A DNA stretch of 33,530 nt from Rickettsiales bacterium (GCA_028282625.1 JANQHP010000040.1:1-33530); one strand, 5' to 3'. Positions 14,405-24,252 are shown, counted from the stretch's first letter. Notes: generated by a model not told the origin, from the sequence alone. Numbers and translations: made by a program.

Positions 14405-15424
14405 ATGTCCCAGGCTACACATACCACCGATGTTGCGGTAATCGGTGCCGGGCCTGTGGGGCTTTTTGCCGTGTTTGAGTGTGGCTTGCTTGGCATGCGC
14501 TGCCACGTGGTAGATACGCTCGCCGAAGTGGGTGGGCAATGTACTGCACTTTATCCCGAAAAGCCGATTTATGACATTCCGGGTTTTCCTTCGATTGATG
14601 GGCAGGATTTGATCGCCAATCTGCATGCACAGGCCGCACCTTACCATCCGACGTACCATTTGGGGCAGCAGGTAACAGAGCTGCGTGAGGCAGAAGATGG
14701 GTGGCGTTTAACCACCAGTCAGGGCACGCAGATTCAAGCCAAAGTGGTGATGATTGCCGCTGGATGTGGCGCTTTTGGGCCAAACCGTCCACCGCTTGAA
14801 GGCCTTGCGGCCTATGAAGAAACCGGCGCGGTGGCTTATATGGTGCAGAAGAAGGAAGCCTATCGCGGCAAAAAGATTGTGATTGCCGGAGGAGGAGATT
14901 CTGCTGTAGATTGGGCGCTTTCTTTAGCCGACATTGCTGCCGAGCTGACGGTCGTGCATCGCCGCCCGAAATTCCGCTGCGCCCCCGATTCCAGTACTAA
15001 ACTGCAAGCATTGGCCGAAGCCGGCAAGGTGCAGATGGCCATTCCTTATCAGCTGGATAGCCTGAAAGGGCAGGGCGGTACCTTGGAAGCGGTAGTGCTG
15101 AAAGACCTTGATGGCAACCAGAAAGAAATAGCGGCTGATCATCTGCTGCCGTTTTATGGGCTGGCGATGACGCTTGGGCCGATTGCCACATGGGGCTTAA
15201 ATTTAGAAAAAGACCATATCACGGTGGATCAAGCGACTTGTGCTACCGATCAGAAGGGCATCTATGCCATTGGCGATATCAACCACTATCCGGGCAAGCG
15301 GAAGCTGATTGTGTGTGGCTTTTCCGAGGCTGCGATGGCGGCACATGATGCCTATCATCATGTGTTCCCGGATAAGGAATTGCACTTTGAATATTCCACC
15401 AGCAAGGGAGTGCCAAACGCATGA
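14405..15424 (+). CDS. thioredoxin-reductase-type ferredoxin-NADP+ reductase
   Basis: [55 protein letters not shown] is the hallmark N-terminus of TrxR-like FNRs. A second dinucleotide fold [11 protein letters not shown] is present. ATG 14405 is preferred over the GTG 14369 extension. Confidence 0.88.
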   Translation: MSQATHTTDVAVIGAGPVGLFAVFECGLLGMRCHVVDTLAEVGGQCTALYPEKPIYDIPGFPSIDGQDLIANLHAQAAPYHPTYHLGQQVTELREAEDGWRLTTSQGTQIQAKVVMIAAGCGAFGPNRPPLEGLAAYEETGAVAYMVQKKEAYRGKKIVIAGGGDSAVDWALSLADIAAELTVVHRRPKFRCAPDSSTKLQALAEAGKVQMAIPYQLDSLKGQGGTLEAVVLKDLDGNQKEIAADHLLPFYGLAMTLGPIATWGLNLEKDHITVDQATCATDQKGIYAIGDINHYPGKRKLIVCGFSEAAMAAHDAYHHVFPDKELHFEYSTSKGVPNA

Positions 15425-16308
15425 GTGCTAAGGTGATAGACGGCAAAGCGTTTGCCGCCAAGATGCGCGCGCAGATTGCCACGGCGACCAACGATGTGGC
15501 TGCTAAAGCGGGCCGCGCGCCTGGCCTGGCTGTGGTGTTGGTCGGCGAGGACCCGGCGAGCCAGGTGTATGTACGCAACAAGGGTAAGCAGACCAAGGAA
15601 GTGGGCATGGCCTCTTTTACCCACAACTTGCCAGAAACCACCACGCAAGAAGCCTTGCTGGCGCTGATTGCAAAGCTTAATCAAGACGAGGCGGTGGATG
15701 GTATTTTGGTGCAGTTGCCCCTACCAAAGCATATGGATGAGCATGAGGTGATCAATGCCATTGCGCCGGAAAAGGATGTGGATGGTTTTCATGTGATAAA
15801 CAGTGGCAAGCTGATAACCGGGCAGCCCTCGTTGGTGCCGTGCACACCGCTTGGGTGCTTGCTGCTTTTAAGGGCGCATGTGCCAACCCTTGCGGGCAAG
15901 CATGCGGTGGTGCTTGGGCGCTCCAACATCGTAGGCAAGCCGGTAGCACAACTCTTGCTGCAAGAAAGCTGCACGGTGACCATCGCCCACTCGCGGACGC
16001 AGGATGCGCCGGCACTGTGCCAGCAGGCTGATATTCTTGTGGCCGCGGTTGGTCGCCCGAAGATGGTGCAGGCCGATTGGATCAAGCCGGGTGCGGTAGT
16101 CATCGATGTGGGCATTAATCGTGTGGAGGTAGGTGGCAAAGCACGCCTGGTGGGGGATGTGGATTTTGATTCGGTGAGTCAGGTGGCCAGTGCCATCACG
16201 CCGGTGCCAGGTGGGGTGGGGCCGATGACCATTGCCTGCTTACTACGCAACACGCTGCAAGCTTTTTGTGCGCGGATGCACATTCCCATGCCACCTTTGG
16301 AGGGGTAA
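15421..16308 (+). CDS. folD: bifunctional methylenetetrahydrofolate dehydrogenase/cyclohydrolase
   Basis: Motifs [44 protein letters not shown] and [14 protein letters not shown] overlap with the preceding gene. Confidence 0.95.
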   Translation: MSAKVIDGKAFAAKMRAQIATATNDVAAKAGRAPGLAVVLVGEDPASQVYVRNKGKQTKEVGMASFTHNLPETTTQEALLALIAKLNQDEAVDGILVQLPLPKHMDEHEVINAIAPEKDVDGFHVINSGKLITGQPSLVPCTPLGCLLLLRAHVPTLAGKHAVVLGRSNIVGKPVAQLLLQESCTVTIAHSRTQDAPALCQQADILVAAVGRPKMVQADWIKPGAVVIDVGINRVEVGGKARLVGDVDFDSVSQVASAITPVPGGVGPMTIACLLRNTLQAFCARMHIPMPPLEG

Positions 16309-16310
16309 AC

Positions 16311-16994
16311 GTGGGCGAATCGGAGCAACACAACGATCACACCGAAAACGAGCATCCCACCTCGGCTTTGCTTGAGAAAGTGGTGGACCATCACCAGCAC
16401 GATACGATTTCGATTGGCGAAATTAAGAATGCCATGCATGAACGTGGGTTTGGCGTACTGATGGCGATTGCCGCACTGCCGCTTTGCTTACCAATTCCAG
16501 CACCGCCGGGTTATACCACGTTTTTTTCGATCCCCTTGTTTTTGTTTTCCCTGCAGATGATTTGGGGCAGGGACTCTCCCTGGATTCCAAAATGGATCGC
16601 CAGGCGGCAGATTAAGCGTAAAACACTGGCCCATCTGGTGGAAAAAGCGGCACCCATGCTGCGCAAGATTGAACGATTGCTAAGAGCGCGCCTGTATTTT
16701 GCAAGCTCGGCTACCGGTGAACGCCTGATTGGGATCGTCGCGTTTATCTGTTCACTCTCGATTGCGGTGCCCCTGCCGCTGACCAATCTGCCGCCGGGTT
16801 ATGGCATTTTGATTATGTCACTCGGGCTTTTGGGTAAAGATGGCGTCACGATCCTGATTGGCATGGCGGTGGGCTTATTGGGTGTGGGCATCACCATGGG
16901 GATTCTTATTGCGGGCCAAACGGCCGTCCTTTCCCTGCTTGGAGGTGCCGCACCGGTCGTCGTGGTCCCCCCAGAAGGCGTGGTATTGCCTTAG
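16311..16994 (+). CDS. exoD: ExoD-family exopolysaccharide synthesis membrane protein
   Basis: ISIGEIKNAMHERGFGVLMAIAALPLCLPIPAPPGYTTFFSIPLFLFSLQMIWGRDSPWIPKW fits the ExoD family pattern. GTG 16311 has GGAGGGG 5-6 nt upstream and starts 2 nt after the folD stop. The ORF-track start (TTG 16266) lies inside folD. Confidence 0.8.
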   Translation: MGESEQHNDHTENEHPTSALLEKVVDHHQHDTISIGEIKNAMHERGFGVLMAIAALPLCLPIPAPPGYTTFFSIPLFLFSLQMIWGRDSPWIPKWIARRQIKRKTLAHLVEKAAPMLRKIERLLRARLYFASSATGERLIGIVAFICSLSIAVPLPLTNLPPGYGILIMSLGLLGKDGVTILIGMAVGLLGVGITMGILIAGQTAVLSLLGGAAPVVVVPPEGVVLP

Positions 16995-17010
16995 GTTGGA
17001 GTGGGGTGGT

Positions 17011-17031
17011 AAGTTGCAAGTTGCAAGTTGT
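17011..17031. repeat. heptamer tandem repeat (AAGTTGC x2 plus AAGTTGT)
   Basis: Read directly from the sequence: aagttgc aagttgc aagttgt. Confidence 0.7.
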
Positions 17032-17049
17032 ACGCACCTTTCTTCCATT

Positions 17050-17078
17050 GTCATTCCCGCGTAGGCGGGAATCTAAGG
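17050..17078. repeat. palindromic repeat GTCATTCCCGC-GTAG-GCGGGAATCTAAGG (inverted variant of the 17103 / 3264 family)
   Basis: A perfect 8-bp stem (17053-17060 pairs with 17065-17072) has a tetraloop. Its reverse complement TAGATTCCCGC...GCGGGAATGAC parallels CTGGATCCCGC...GCGGGATGACG. Confidence 0.6.
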
Positions 17079-17102
17079 GTCAGGATGTAAGGAGGTGATG
17101 GT

Positions 17103-17133
17103 CTGGATCCCGCGATTAAATCGCGGGATGACG
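17103..17133. repeat. palindromic repeat CTGGATCCCGC-N9-GCGGGATGACG (second copy of the 3264-3294 family)
   Basis: A perfect 10-bp stem (ATCCCGCGAT at 17107-17116 pairs with ATCGCGGGAT at 17120-17129). The flanks are identical to the copy at 3264-3294. Confidence 0.65.
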
Positions 17134-17168
17134 GGGTGTGTGGAGAGTGGCATGGGTACTTCCCCGGA

Positions 17169-17189
17169 GCGGGTTTCTTTGAAACCCGC
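17169..17189. repeat. third perfect hairpin with a GCGGG/CCCGC core
   Basis: GCGGGTTTC (17169-17177), loop TTT, GAAACCCGC (17181-17189). Confidence 0.55.
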
Positions 17190-17430
17190 GAGTAGCGACC
17201 AAGTGGGAGCTTAAGCCTTCGCGGCGCTTGAGCGACATGAAAGAAGAGCAAAGCGACGCCGCACTCATGTGCGGATTAAGGGGGCAAGGTCCCTGCTTAA
17301 TAGAAAGTGCACCCCACTTCACCCTTGTGCCGGAAGGGCAGATGCTTTATACCGCATGGTGCGGGTGATGTGAGGTGATCATCCACGCGCTTAACGATAC
17401 ACATATGTAGAAAAAATAGGCCGCTCAGTC

Positions 17431-19494
17431 ATGACGCTGGATACTTCCCTGGCACACGCACATGATACCGACCTGCAAACCATGGCGCATGCGATCCGCG
17501 TGCTCTCCATGGACGCGGTGGAGCAGGCCAAGTCCGGTCATCCCGGCATGCCGATGGGGATGGCGGACGCCGCCACCGTGCTTTTCACCCAGTTTTTATC
17601 CTACGACCCGACGAAACCCGATTGGGCCAACCGGGATCGCTTCGTGCTTTCAGCCGGCCACGGCTCGATGTTGCTTTATAGCCTGCTGCACCTGACCGGC
17701 CATCAGGACATGCCGCTTTCCGAGCTCAAACGTTTTCGTCAGTTGGGGGCGAAGACCTGTGGCCATCCGGAATATGGTGAGGCAGCAGGCATTGAAACTA
17801 CCACCGGTCCACTTGGGCAGGGGCTTGCCAATGCAGTCGGTATGGCGCTGGCCGAGCGCTTGCTGCAAAGCCGCTACACCACAAGCATTGTGGATCATTA
17901 TACCTACGTGATTGCAGGCGATGGCTGCCTGATGGAGGGTATTAGCCAGGAGGCGATTTCCTTTGCCGGCCATCTGGGCCTTGGACGCCTGATCGTGCTG
18001 TTCGACGATAATGACATCACGATTGATGGCGGAACGGATTTAAGTACCAGTGAAGACCAGCAGGCGCGTTTTGCCGCCAGTGGCTGGCATGTGCAATCGG
18101 TCGATGGGCACAATATGGAAGCGGTGGCGAAGGCCATTGCCGCAGCCAAGGCGCATACAGGCCAACCCTCCATGATTGCATGCAAAACCACGATTGGCTT
18201 TGGTGCGCCCACCAAAGCCGGCACCGCTGCTTGCCACGGTGCACCACTGGGCGCTGAAGAAATTGCTGGCGCGCGCGCGAGGCTTGGCTGGGAACACGGA
18301 CCGTTTGAGATCCCCGAAAGCATCAAGCAAGCCTGGGAGGCGTACGGCGCGCGTGGGCAGGAAGAGCGCAAACGTTGGGAGCAGCAACTGGCTGATATCC
18401 TGGCCAACCGTTGCACCGATACTGAATGTCCAGATCCTTTTGATAACCAAGCAAAGCTGGCTGAATCCTTTTTGCAGGCGCAAGCGGGCACGCTACCAGC
18501 GAGTCTGGGCCAAACCATTGTCGCGCTCAAAGAGGAATTTGCACAGGCAAAGCCCATGGCCAGCCGTAAATCTTCGGGCCTCACTTTAGAAAAACTGACC
18601 GAGCTTATTCCCACCATGATTGGAGGCTCGGCGGATTTAACCGGTTCCAACAATACCAAAGTCGCGGCGACACAAGCGGTCACGCGCAAGGATTTTTCTG
18701 GACGTTATATTTATTACGGCATTCGTGAACATGCCATGGCCGCGATGATGAATGGCATGGCGTTGCATGGCGGGATTCTCCCTTATAGCGGCACTTTCTT
18801 TGTGTTTAGCGACTATTGCCGCCCGGCGATTCGCCTTTCTGCCTTGATGGAGCAGCAGGTGATTTACGTCATGACGCATGATTCCATTGGCTTAGGCGAA
18901 GATGGACCGACCCATCAACCTGTGGAGCATCTGGCAAGCCTACGTGCCATGCCGGGCTTACGCGTGCTGCGTCCGGCCGATGCGGTGGAGGTAGCCGAAT
19001 GCTGGCAGTTGGCACTGGAGCATCAAAATAGCCCTTCCATGTTAGTGCTAAGCCGCCAGAACTTGCCAACCGTGCGCCTTGAGGCGGGCAATCAAAATCT
19101 TGCAGCACGCGGTGGCTATATCTTACGGGAAGCAAACCAGAATAGCCCCAAGGTGGTGCTGATTGCCACGGGCTCGGAAGTCCAGATTGCCTGCGAAGCG
19201 CAGCAAACTTTAGAAGCGCAAGGCATCGCAACACGTGTGGTCTCGCTGCCTTGTACCGAACTTTTTGAGAGCCAAGAGCCTGCCTATCGTGAGGAAGTAT
19301 TAGGCGGCGAAGGAATGTTGCGCGTTGGCATCGAGGCCGGCGTAGCCTTTGGTTGGGAGCGTTACTTAGGCAGAAATGGCATTTTTATTGGCATGGAAGG
19401 CTTTGGTGCCTCCGCGCCCGCATCGGATTTATACCAGCATTTTGGCATTACCGCTGAACATATTGTAGCACGCGTTAAGGAGAAGCTTGCATGA
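17431..19494 (+). CDS. tkt: transketolase
   Basis: Motifs [33 protein letters not shown] and [19 protein letters not shown]. The start is uncertain (ATG 17431 or ATG 17482) and neither has a clear SD. Confidence 0.94.
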   Translation: MTLDTSLAHAHDTDLQTMAHAIRVLSMDAVEQAKSGHPGMPMGMADAATVLFTQFLSYDPTKPDWANRDRFVLSAGHGSMLLYSLLHLTGHQDMPLSELKRFRQLGAKTCGHPEYGEAAGIETTTGPLGQGLANAVGMALAERLLQSRYTTSIVDHYTYVIAGDGCLMEGISQEAISFAGHLGLGRLIVLFDDNDITIDGGTDLSTSEDQQARFAASGWHVQSVDGHNMEAVAKAIAAAKAHTGQPSMIACKTTIGFGAPTKAGTAACHGAPLGAEEIAGARARLGWEHGPFEIPESIKQAWEAYGARGQEERKRWEQQLADILANRCTDTECPDPFDNQAKLAESFLQAQAGTLPASLGQTIVALKEEFAQAKPMASRKSSGLTLEKLTELIPTMIGGSADLTGSNNTKVAATQAVTRKDFSGRYIYYGIREHAMAAMMNGMALHGGILPYSGTFFVFSDYCRPAIRLSALMEQQVIYVMTHDSIGLGEDGPTHQPVEHLASLRAMPGLRVLRPADAVEVAECWQLALEHQNSPSMLVLSRQNLPTVRLEAGNQNLAARGGYILREANQNSPKVVLIATGSEVQIACEAQQTLEAQGIATRVVSLPCTELFESQEPAYREEVLGGEGMLRVGIEAGVAFGWERYLGRNGIFIGMEGFGASAPASDLYQHFGITAEHIVARVKEKLA

Positions 19495-20492
19495 CCATCC
19501 GCGTTGGCATTACAGGATTTGGTAGAATCGGGCGGTGCGTGCTGCGCGCCTGGCTGGAAAGCAAGCGCAGCGACATTGAAGTGGTGGCGCTAAACTTTCG
19601 TCGTACGGTGGAAGACAAAATGCGTCTGCTGCAATATGACTCCACCCACGGCAGACTGAATGCCAACATCACGATTGCCGATGAAGAACATATTACTATC
19701 GATGAGCATAAGATCCGGGTCTTTCATGAAGACCAGCCTTCCAATATAGGCTGGAATGAGGCCCGTGTGGATGTGGTGCTGGAATGCACCGGCGTGTTTA
19801 AGGCCAAAGAGCAGGCAAGCCAGCATTTAGGCGGATCGGTCTCCAAGGTGTTGATTTCAGCACCCGCACCAGACCCGGACGCCACGATTGTGCTTGGAGT
19901 GAACGAAGAGACCCTCACAGGCGCAGAACAGGTGATCTCGGTTGGAAGCTGTACCACCAATTGCCTGGCGCCGGTAGCTAAAGTGTTACAACAACATTGC
20001 GGCATTGCCGAAGGTTTCATGACCACGATTCATGCTTATACCAGCGATCAAACCTTGCTGGATAACAGCCACAAAAACCCACGTCGTGCCCGTTCTGCCG
20101 CGCTTTCCATGATCCCCACCTCCACCGGTGCGGCCAAGGCGCTAGGCTTAGTGCTGCCGGAATTACAAGGCAAGCTCGATGGTACATCTATCCGCGTGCC
20201 TACACCCAATGTTTCACTGGTGGATTTGGTCTTTAATGCTGAGCGCACAACGGACCCGGGTGCTATCACAAGAGCCATGCAAGAAGCTTCCTCAGGCAAC
20301 ATGCAAGATATTTTGGGTATATGTAGCGAACCGTTAGTATCGATTGATTTTAATCATAGCCCTTACAGTGGTGTGTTTGATACAACTCAAACGCATCAAG
20401 TCCGGGACAATTTATTCCGTGTAGCAGCCTGGTACGACAATGAATGGGGCTTTTCGAACCGGATGCTGGATTTGGCAGCACGGGTGGGTTAA
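19491..20492 (+). CDS. gap: glyceraldehyde-3-phosphate dehydrogenase
   Basis: Motifs [13 protein letters not shown], the SCTTNCLAP active site and [13 protein letters not shown] overlap with tkt. Confidence 0.95.
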   Translation: MTIRVGITGFGRIGRCVLRAWLESKRSDIEVVALNFRRTVEDKMRLLQYDSTHGRLNANITIADEEHITIDEHKIRVFHEDQPSNIGWNEARVDVVLECTGVFKAKEQASQHLGGSVSKVLISAPAPDPDATIVLGVNEETLTGAEQVISVGSCTTNCLAPVAKVLQQHCGIAEGFMTTIHAYTSDQTLLDNSHKNPRRARSAALSMIPTSTGAAKALGLVLPELQGKLDGTSIRVPTPNVSLVDLVFNAERTTDPGAITRAMQEASSGNMQDILGICSEPLVSIDFNHSPYSGVFDTTQTHQVRDNLFRVAAWYDNEWGFSNRMLDLAARVG

Positions 20493-21718
20493 TGCCACTA
20501 CGCTGCCTTTCGACATTACTGCGCGATGCGCCTGAAACACTTGCCGGCAAAAAAGTACTCCTGCGTGTGGATTATAACGTACCCATTGCACATGGGCGTA
20601 TTACTGACAAAGCACGCATTTTAAGAACCATTCCAACGCTTCGAGCCCTGCTGGATGCAGGAGCCGTGGTGGTGGTGCTTTCCCATTTTGGCCGCCCTAA
20701 AAAGGGATTTGATCGACGTTTTTCGCTGGCTCCTGTGGTCGACGCATTAGCGGAAACGCTGCGGGAACAACTAGGCCACAGCGTACCGGTGCATTTTGGC
20801 GTCGAATCCGTGGGGCAGGAGGCCCATCATGCCATTGCCGCCACAGCACCCAGCGAAGTAGTGTTGTTAGAAAATCTCCGCTTTTACGCTGAAGAAAGTA
20901 CGAATGACGATACCTTCTCCGCACAGTTGGCCACACTTGGAGATATTTTTATCAACGATGCCTTTTCTTGCGTACACCGCGAACACGCTTCCATTGTAGG
21001 GATCACGCGGCACATCCCTTCTTACGCCGGACTATTGCTAGAAGAAGAACTCCGTACATTGGAGCAAGCGCTTGAGGCACCAGAACGCCCCGTGGTAGCA
21101 GTAGTAGGTGGAGCTAAAATAAGCACTAAAATTAAAATGTTAAAGAATTTACTTGATAAAGTAGATCAACTTTTGATTGGCGGCGCCATGGCCAATACAT
21201 TTTTATACGCCGAGGGCAAAGAGATTGGCCACTCGCTTTTTGAAAAAGATCAGGTCGCACTTGCACAAGCCATTTTAGCAAAGGCACACGCCAGTGACTG
21301 CCATGTTTCTTTACCCACGGACGCGGTCACCGCGCAAGAACTTACGCCACATACGAACTGCTCGGTTTTTTCCTGTGATAACGTGCCTTCTGACCAAGCC
21401 ATCCTGGATATTGGCCCAGAAACCACGCAGCATTGGCAAGATATCATCTCAACATGCCGTACGCTAGTGTGGAATGGGCCACTTGGCGCCTGCGAAGTGC
21501 CACCTTTTGACGTAGGCACCACCACCATTGCCAGAACCGTTGCGTTACAAACCAAAAAAGGAGCCTGTTTTTCGGTTGCCGGCGGCGGAGATATTTTGGC
21601 CTCGTTAAAACAAGCCGGCCTGCAAGAACAATTCAGCTATGTCTCTACGGCGGGAGGCGCCTTCCTACAATGGCTTGAAGGCACCACACTCCCTGGTGTG
21701 CAAGCACTAGAATCCTAA
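20492..21718 (+). CDS. pgk: phosphoglycerate kinase
   Basis: Motifs KKVLLRVDYNVPI, SHFGRPKKG, VVGGAKISTKI and STAGGAFLQWLEG. ATG 20492 overlaps the gap stop (TAATG). The ORF-track start at 20444 lies inside gap. Confidence 0.95.
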   Translation: MPLRCLSTLLRDAPETLAGKKVLLRVDYNVPIAHGRITDKARILRTIPTLRALLDAGAVVVVLSHFGRPKKGFDRRFSLAPVVDALAETLREQLGHSVPVHFGVESVGQEAHHAIAATAPSEVVLLENLRFYAEESTNDDTFSAQLATLGDIFINDAFSCVHREHASIVGITRHIPSYAGLLLEEELRTLEQALEAPERPVVAVVGGAKISTKIKMLKNLLDKVDQLLIGGAMANTFLYAEGKEIGHSLFEKDQVALAQAILAKAHASDCHVSLPTDAVTAQELTPHTNCSVFSCDNVPSDQAILDIGPETTQHWQDIISTCRTLVWNGPLGACEVPPFDVGTTTIARTVALQTKKGACFSVAGGGDILASLKQAGLQEQFSYVSTAGGAFLQWLEGTTLPGVQALES

Positions 21719-21807
21719 AAATCGCCTGCCACATCCCTCAAAAAACGGTTGCCTCCCACAAGGGGATGTTGCATAAATGTAACAGTGTGATGCGTAATCC
21801 AAAGAGT

Positions 21808-23202
21808 ATGGTTGTACATAAAGATATCCTTATTGTAGACGATGAAGCCGATATTCGTGATTTGGTCGCGGATATTTTAGAAGATGAAGGCTATCACACG
21901 CGTCAGGCATCCAATAGTGATGAGGTGTTTCATGCGTTTGCAGAGCGTGTGCCCGACGCGGTAGTGCTGGACATCTGGCTTAAAGATAGCGGGCTGGATG
22001 GCCTTGGCATTCTGGAAATATTGGTACGCAAATACCAGCATACGCCTGTGGTGGTGATGAGCGGCCATGGCACAATTAAAACGGCCGCCTCCAGCCTGAA
22101 AATGGGCGCCTATGATTATATCGAAAAGCCTTTTACACACGATAGGCTGGTCAATGTCGTAAAAAAAGCCATACGCGCATCCGAGCTTTCAAGAGAAAAC
22201 CGTACGCTGCGGCAACAGGGCTATAATTTAAACGCCTTGCTTGGAAAATCACAAAGCATCGTACAGCTGCAGCAAATCATTGATCAGGTGGCTGCCACCA
22301 GTAGCCGAGTGTTTTTAAAAGGAGAAAAAGGGGTCGGCAAAGAAGCAGTAGCACGGATGATCCACCGCAAATCTGCCCGCAAAACCAATCCCTTTATCGT
22401 CTTAAACACCTATTCCCTTGACCCGGAAAACATTGCCCATGTTTTGTTTGGCACCAAAGAAAATGACGATATCCATGCCAAAGGAAGAACCATTGGTTTA
22501 TTGGAACGGGCAGAGGGTGGCACTCTTTTTATCGATGATGTGTCGCGCATCCCCTTAGAAACACAGCTTGAATGCGTACGCTTCTTGCAAAGTAACCAGT
22601 TCAAACGGGTGGGGGAAGAAAAGGAACTGCACGCGGATGTACGCGTGATCGCAAGCACCGATATCGATCCAATTGAGTCCATCCAATTAGGGCTCTTACG
22701 GGAAGATTTTTTCCACCGTCTCAATTTGGCATCCATAGAGGTGCCTGCACTGCGTGAGCGGACCGAAGATATTGCCCTGTTATGCGATTACTACCTCACA
22801 AAGGCGGCCGAGCAGAGCAGGCTGCCGAAGCGCACCCTTGCTGAAGATGCGATCATTGCTTTGCAAGCACATCATTGGCCGGGTAATTTGCACCAGCTTC
22901 GTAATGCGATGGAGTGGATTATCATCATGTGCCCCGGATATTCAGACACACCGGTGACCACCAGCATGATAGAAGCATATCTTGCGTTGTCTAATCAAGA
23001 GCACAACACCGAAGTGCTGGACAAGGGCACTATGATCTCCTTGGCACTCAAGCCAGCGCGCGATGTGTTTGAACGCCAGTATCTAAGCATGCATCTAAAG
23101 CGCTTTAACGGGAATATATCGCGTACCGCCAAGTTTGTAGGGATGGAGCGCAGTGCCTTGCACCGCAAATTGCGCTTGCTGCATATTAAAGAGGAAGCGT
23201 AA
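21808..23202 (+). CDS. ntrX: NtrX-like response regulator (receiver + AAA+ + Fis-type HTH)
   Basis: Receiver domain DILIVDDEADIRDLV...AVVLDIWL. AAA+ domain with Walker A GEKGVGKE. C-terminal HTH NGNISRTAKFVGMERSALHRKLR. No GAFTGA loop is present. ATG 21808 gives the usual short N-terminus; ATG 21766 and 21790 are alternatives. Confidence 0.82.
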   Translation: MVVHKDILIVDDEADIRDLVADILEDEGYHTRQASNSDEVFHAFAERVPDAVVLDIWLKDSGLDGLGILEILVRKYQHTPVVVMSGHGTIKTAASSLKMGAYDYIEKPFTHDRLVNVVKKAIRASELSRENRTLRQQGYNLNALLGKSQSIVQLQQIIDQVAATSSRVFLKGEKGVGKEAVARMIHRKSARKTNPFIVLNTYSLDPENIAHVLFGTKENDDIHAKGRTIGLLERAEGGTLFIDDVSRIPLETQLECVRFLQSNQFKRVGEEKELHADVRVIASTDIDPIESIQLGLLREDFFHRLNLASIEVPALRERTEDIALLCDYYLTKAAEQSRLPKRTLAEDAIIALQAHHWPGNLHQLRNAMEWIIIMCPGYSDTPVTTSMIEAYLALSNQEHNTEVLDKGTMISLALKPARDVFERQYLSMHLKRFNGNISRTAKFVGMERSALHRKLRLLHIKEEA

Positions 23203-23212
23203 CCCTAAAAGG

Positions 23213-24250
23213 CTAGTTCGCTTCTTCCTGGCGCTCGGTATACATCTCCACCCGGCGATTGAGCGGGTTGCGTACCCCATCGGCCGTTTCCACCGCCGGG
23301 TCGGACTCACCAAATCCAAAGGCTTCAATCTGCTCACTTTTTAACCCACTTGCCACCAAAATCTTTTTCACTTCCTCGGCCCTTCGCTGCGAAAGCACCA
23401 AATTATACGATTCACTGCCGGCGCGATCGGTGTGCCCATTGAGCGTGATGCTGTAGCCCGAGATATCTTTTACTTCCATAAGGCGGAGTAAAAGTTGCAT
23501 GCTTTCTGGTGAAACGATGGCACTATCAAAAGGGAAATAAAGCACCTTGGTTTGCGTGAGGGTATCGGTTGCTTCTGCTTCTTTTGTCGCCTCATCGACG
23601 GGCTCCTCAGTAACCTCTGCCGTTTCTGTGCCTTGCTCTTCTGCTGCCACCTCTTCTGCTTGAGCAGCATCCTCAAGCGCAGGCACCGTCTCTTCTGGCT
23701 CCGCATGGGAAGCAACTTCCGTGCTCGCTGGCGGCGCCTGCTCTTCTTCCTTCTCAAGATAATGCAAACTAATATGGTTGATCACTTCAAAAAAGGCCGT
23801 ACGGCAGCTTGTATCTTGCTTCAGCCAAAACATGGACTCTTGCACCACCCAGCAATCGTAAAGAAAATGCGCGCTGGCGGCTGCTTCCGGGTCTTTGGCC
23901 ATCACGTGGCTATTGACCTTATCAAGCAGCACGCGCCTGGCTTCCACCAGATCTGAGGCCAACAAGGAGCGCACATCCCAATCCTGCACATGCTCAGGGT
24001 CCGGATGCACCCCTTGTGCTGCGCGCCTGGCTTTCCTTAAAAAATACTGGGATTGCTCCCACCGTTGCTGGTGCGAGAGTTCGCTAGAAAACTGCTTGTA
24101 GTGCCTTGCCAGAATGCCAGTAAAGCTCTTATCATCCTGATTGATAGACCAATGTTGCTGCACAGGTTGGCACGCCACCACACCCACCATTACCACGCTA
24201 AGCAGGGCAACACGCACTGCATTGAGTTTTTTGTGCAAGGTCAACATCAT
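23213..24250 (-). CDS. OmpA-family lipoprotein with an acidic linker
   Basis: Signal peptide plus lipobox (LLSVVMVGVVAC). The linker is rich in E, A and T. The C-terminal OmpA-like peptidoglycan-binding domain reads FDSAIV...NGHTDRAGSESYNLVLSQRRAEEVKKIL...NRRVEM. Confidence 0.85.
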   Translation of the reverse strand: MMLTLHKKLNAVRVALLSVVMVGVVACQPVQQHWSINQDDKSFTGILARHYKQFSSELSHQQRWEQSQYFLRKARRAAQGVHPDPEHVQDWDVRSLLASDLVEARRVLLDKVNSHVMAKDPEAAASAHFLYDCWVVQESMFWLKQDTSCRTAFFEVINHISLHYLEKEEEQAPPASTEVASHAEPEETVPALEDAAQAEEVAAEEQGTETAEVTEEPVDEATKEAEATDTLTQTKVLYFPFDSAIVSPESMQLLLRLMEVKDISGYSITLNGHTDRAGSESYNLVLSQRRAEEVKKILVASGLKSEQIEAFGFGESDPAVETADGVRNPLNRRVEMYTERQEEAN

Positions 24251-24252
24251 CT

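Noticed and set aside
17011-17189. Possible CRISPR array (short repeats and hairpins)
   Set aside because: The repeats are 7 nt, or are different palindromes without regularly spaced unique spacers. There are no cas genes. They are REP/MITE-like instead.
17051-17251. 66-aa minus-strand ORF ending ...RFPPTRE over the palindromic repeats
   Set aside because: It is a typical spurious translation of CCCGC/GCGGG palindromes, Pro/Arg/Ser-rich, with no start context.
17327-17345. GUGCCGGAAGGGCAGAUGC resembling the GGAA-tetraloop region of SRP (4.5S) RNA
   Set aside because: The flanking conserved AGCAGC/GGUC symmetric-loop nucleotides and a closing long helix are absent. It is not a convincing SRP RNA domain IV.
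17237-17368. 43-aa ORF (MKEEQSDAALMCGLRGQGPC...) in the exoD-tkt spacer
   Set aside because: It has no convincing SD and lies across repeat hairpins. It was probably generated by the repeats.
17904-18689. 261-aa minus-strand ORF inside tkt
   Set aside because: It is an antisense shadow of transketolase with an Ala/Ser/Cys/Pro-rich composition and no RBS.
20444-20491. ORF-track upstream extensions of pgk (20444), fbaB (11334), FNR (14369), exoD (16266), panD (29163), glyS (29422) and g12 (3838)
   Set aside because: In each case the extension overlaps the preceding gene or lacks an SD. An internal start with a good SD or stop-start coupling also reproduces the canonical N-terminus of the family.
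23545-23755. Purine-rich repetitive DNA inside the ompA-family gene
   Set aside because: It encodes an acidic Glu/Ala/Thr-rich linker between the N-terminal and OmpA domains. It is imperfect and in frame, so it is not a tandem-repeat locus.
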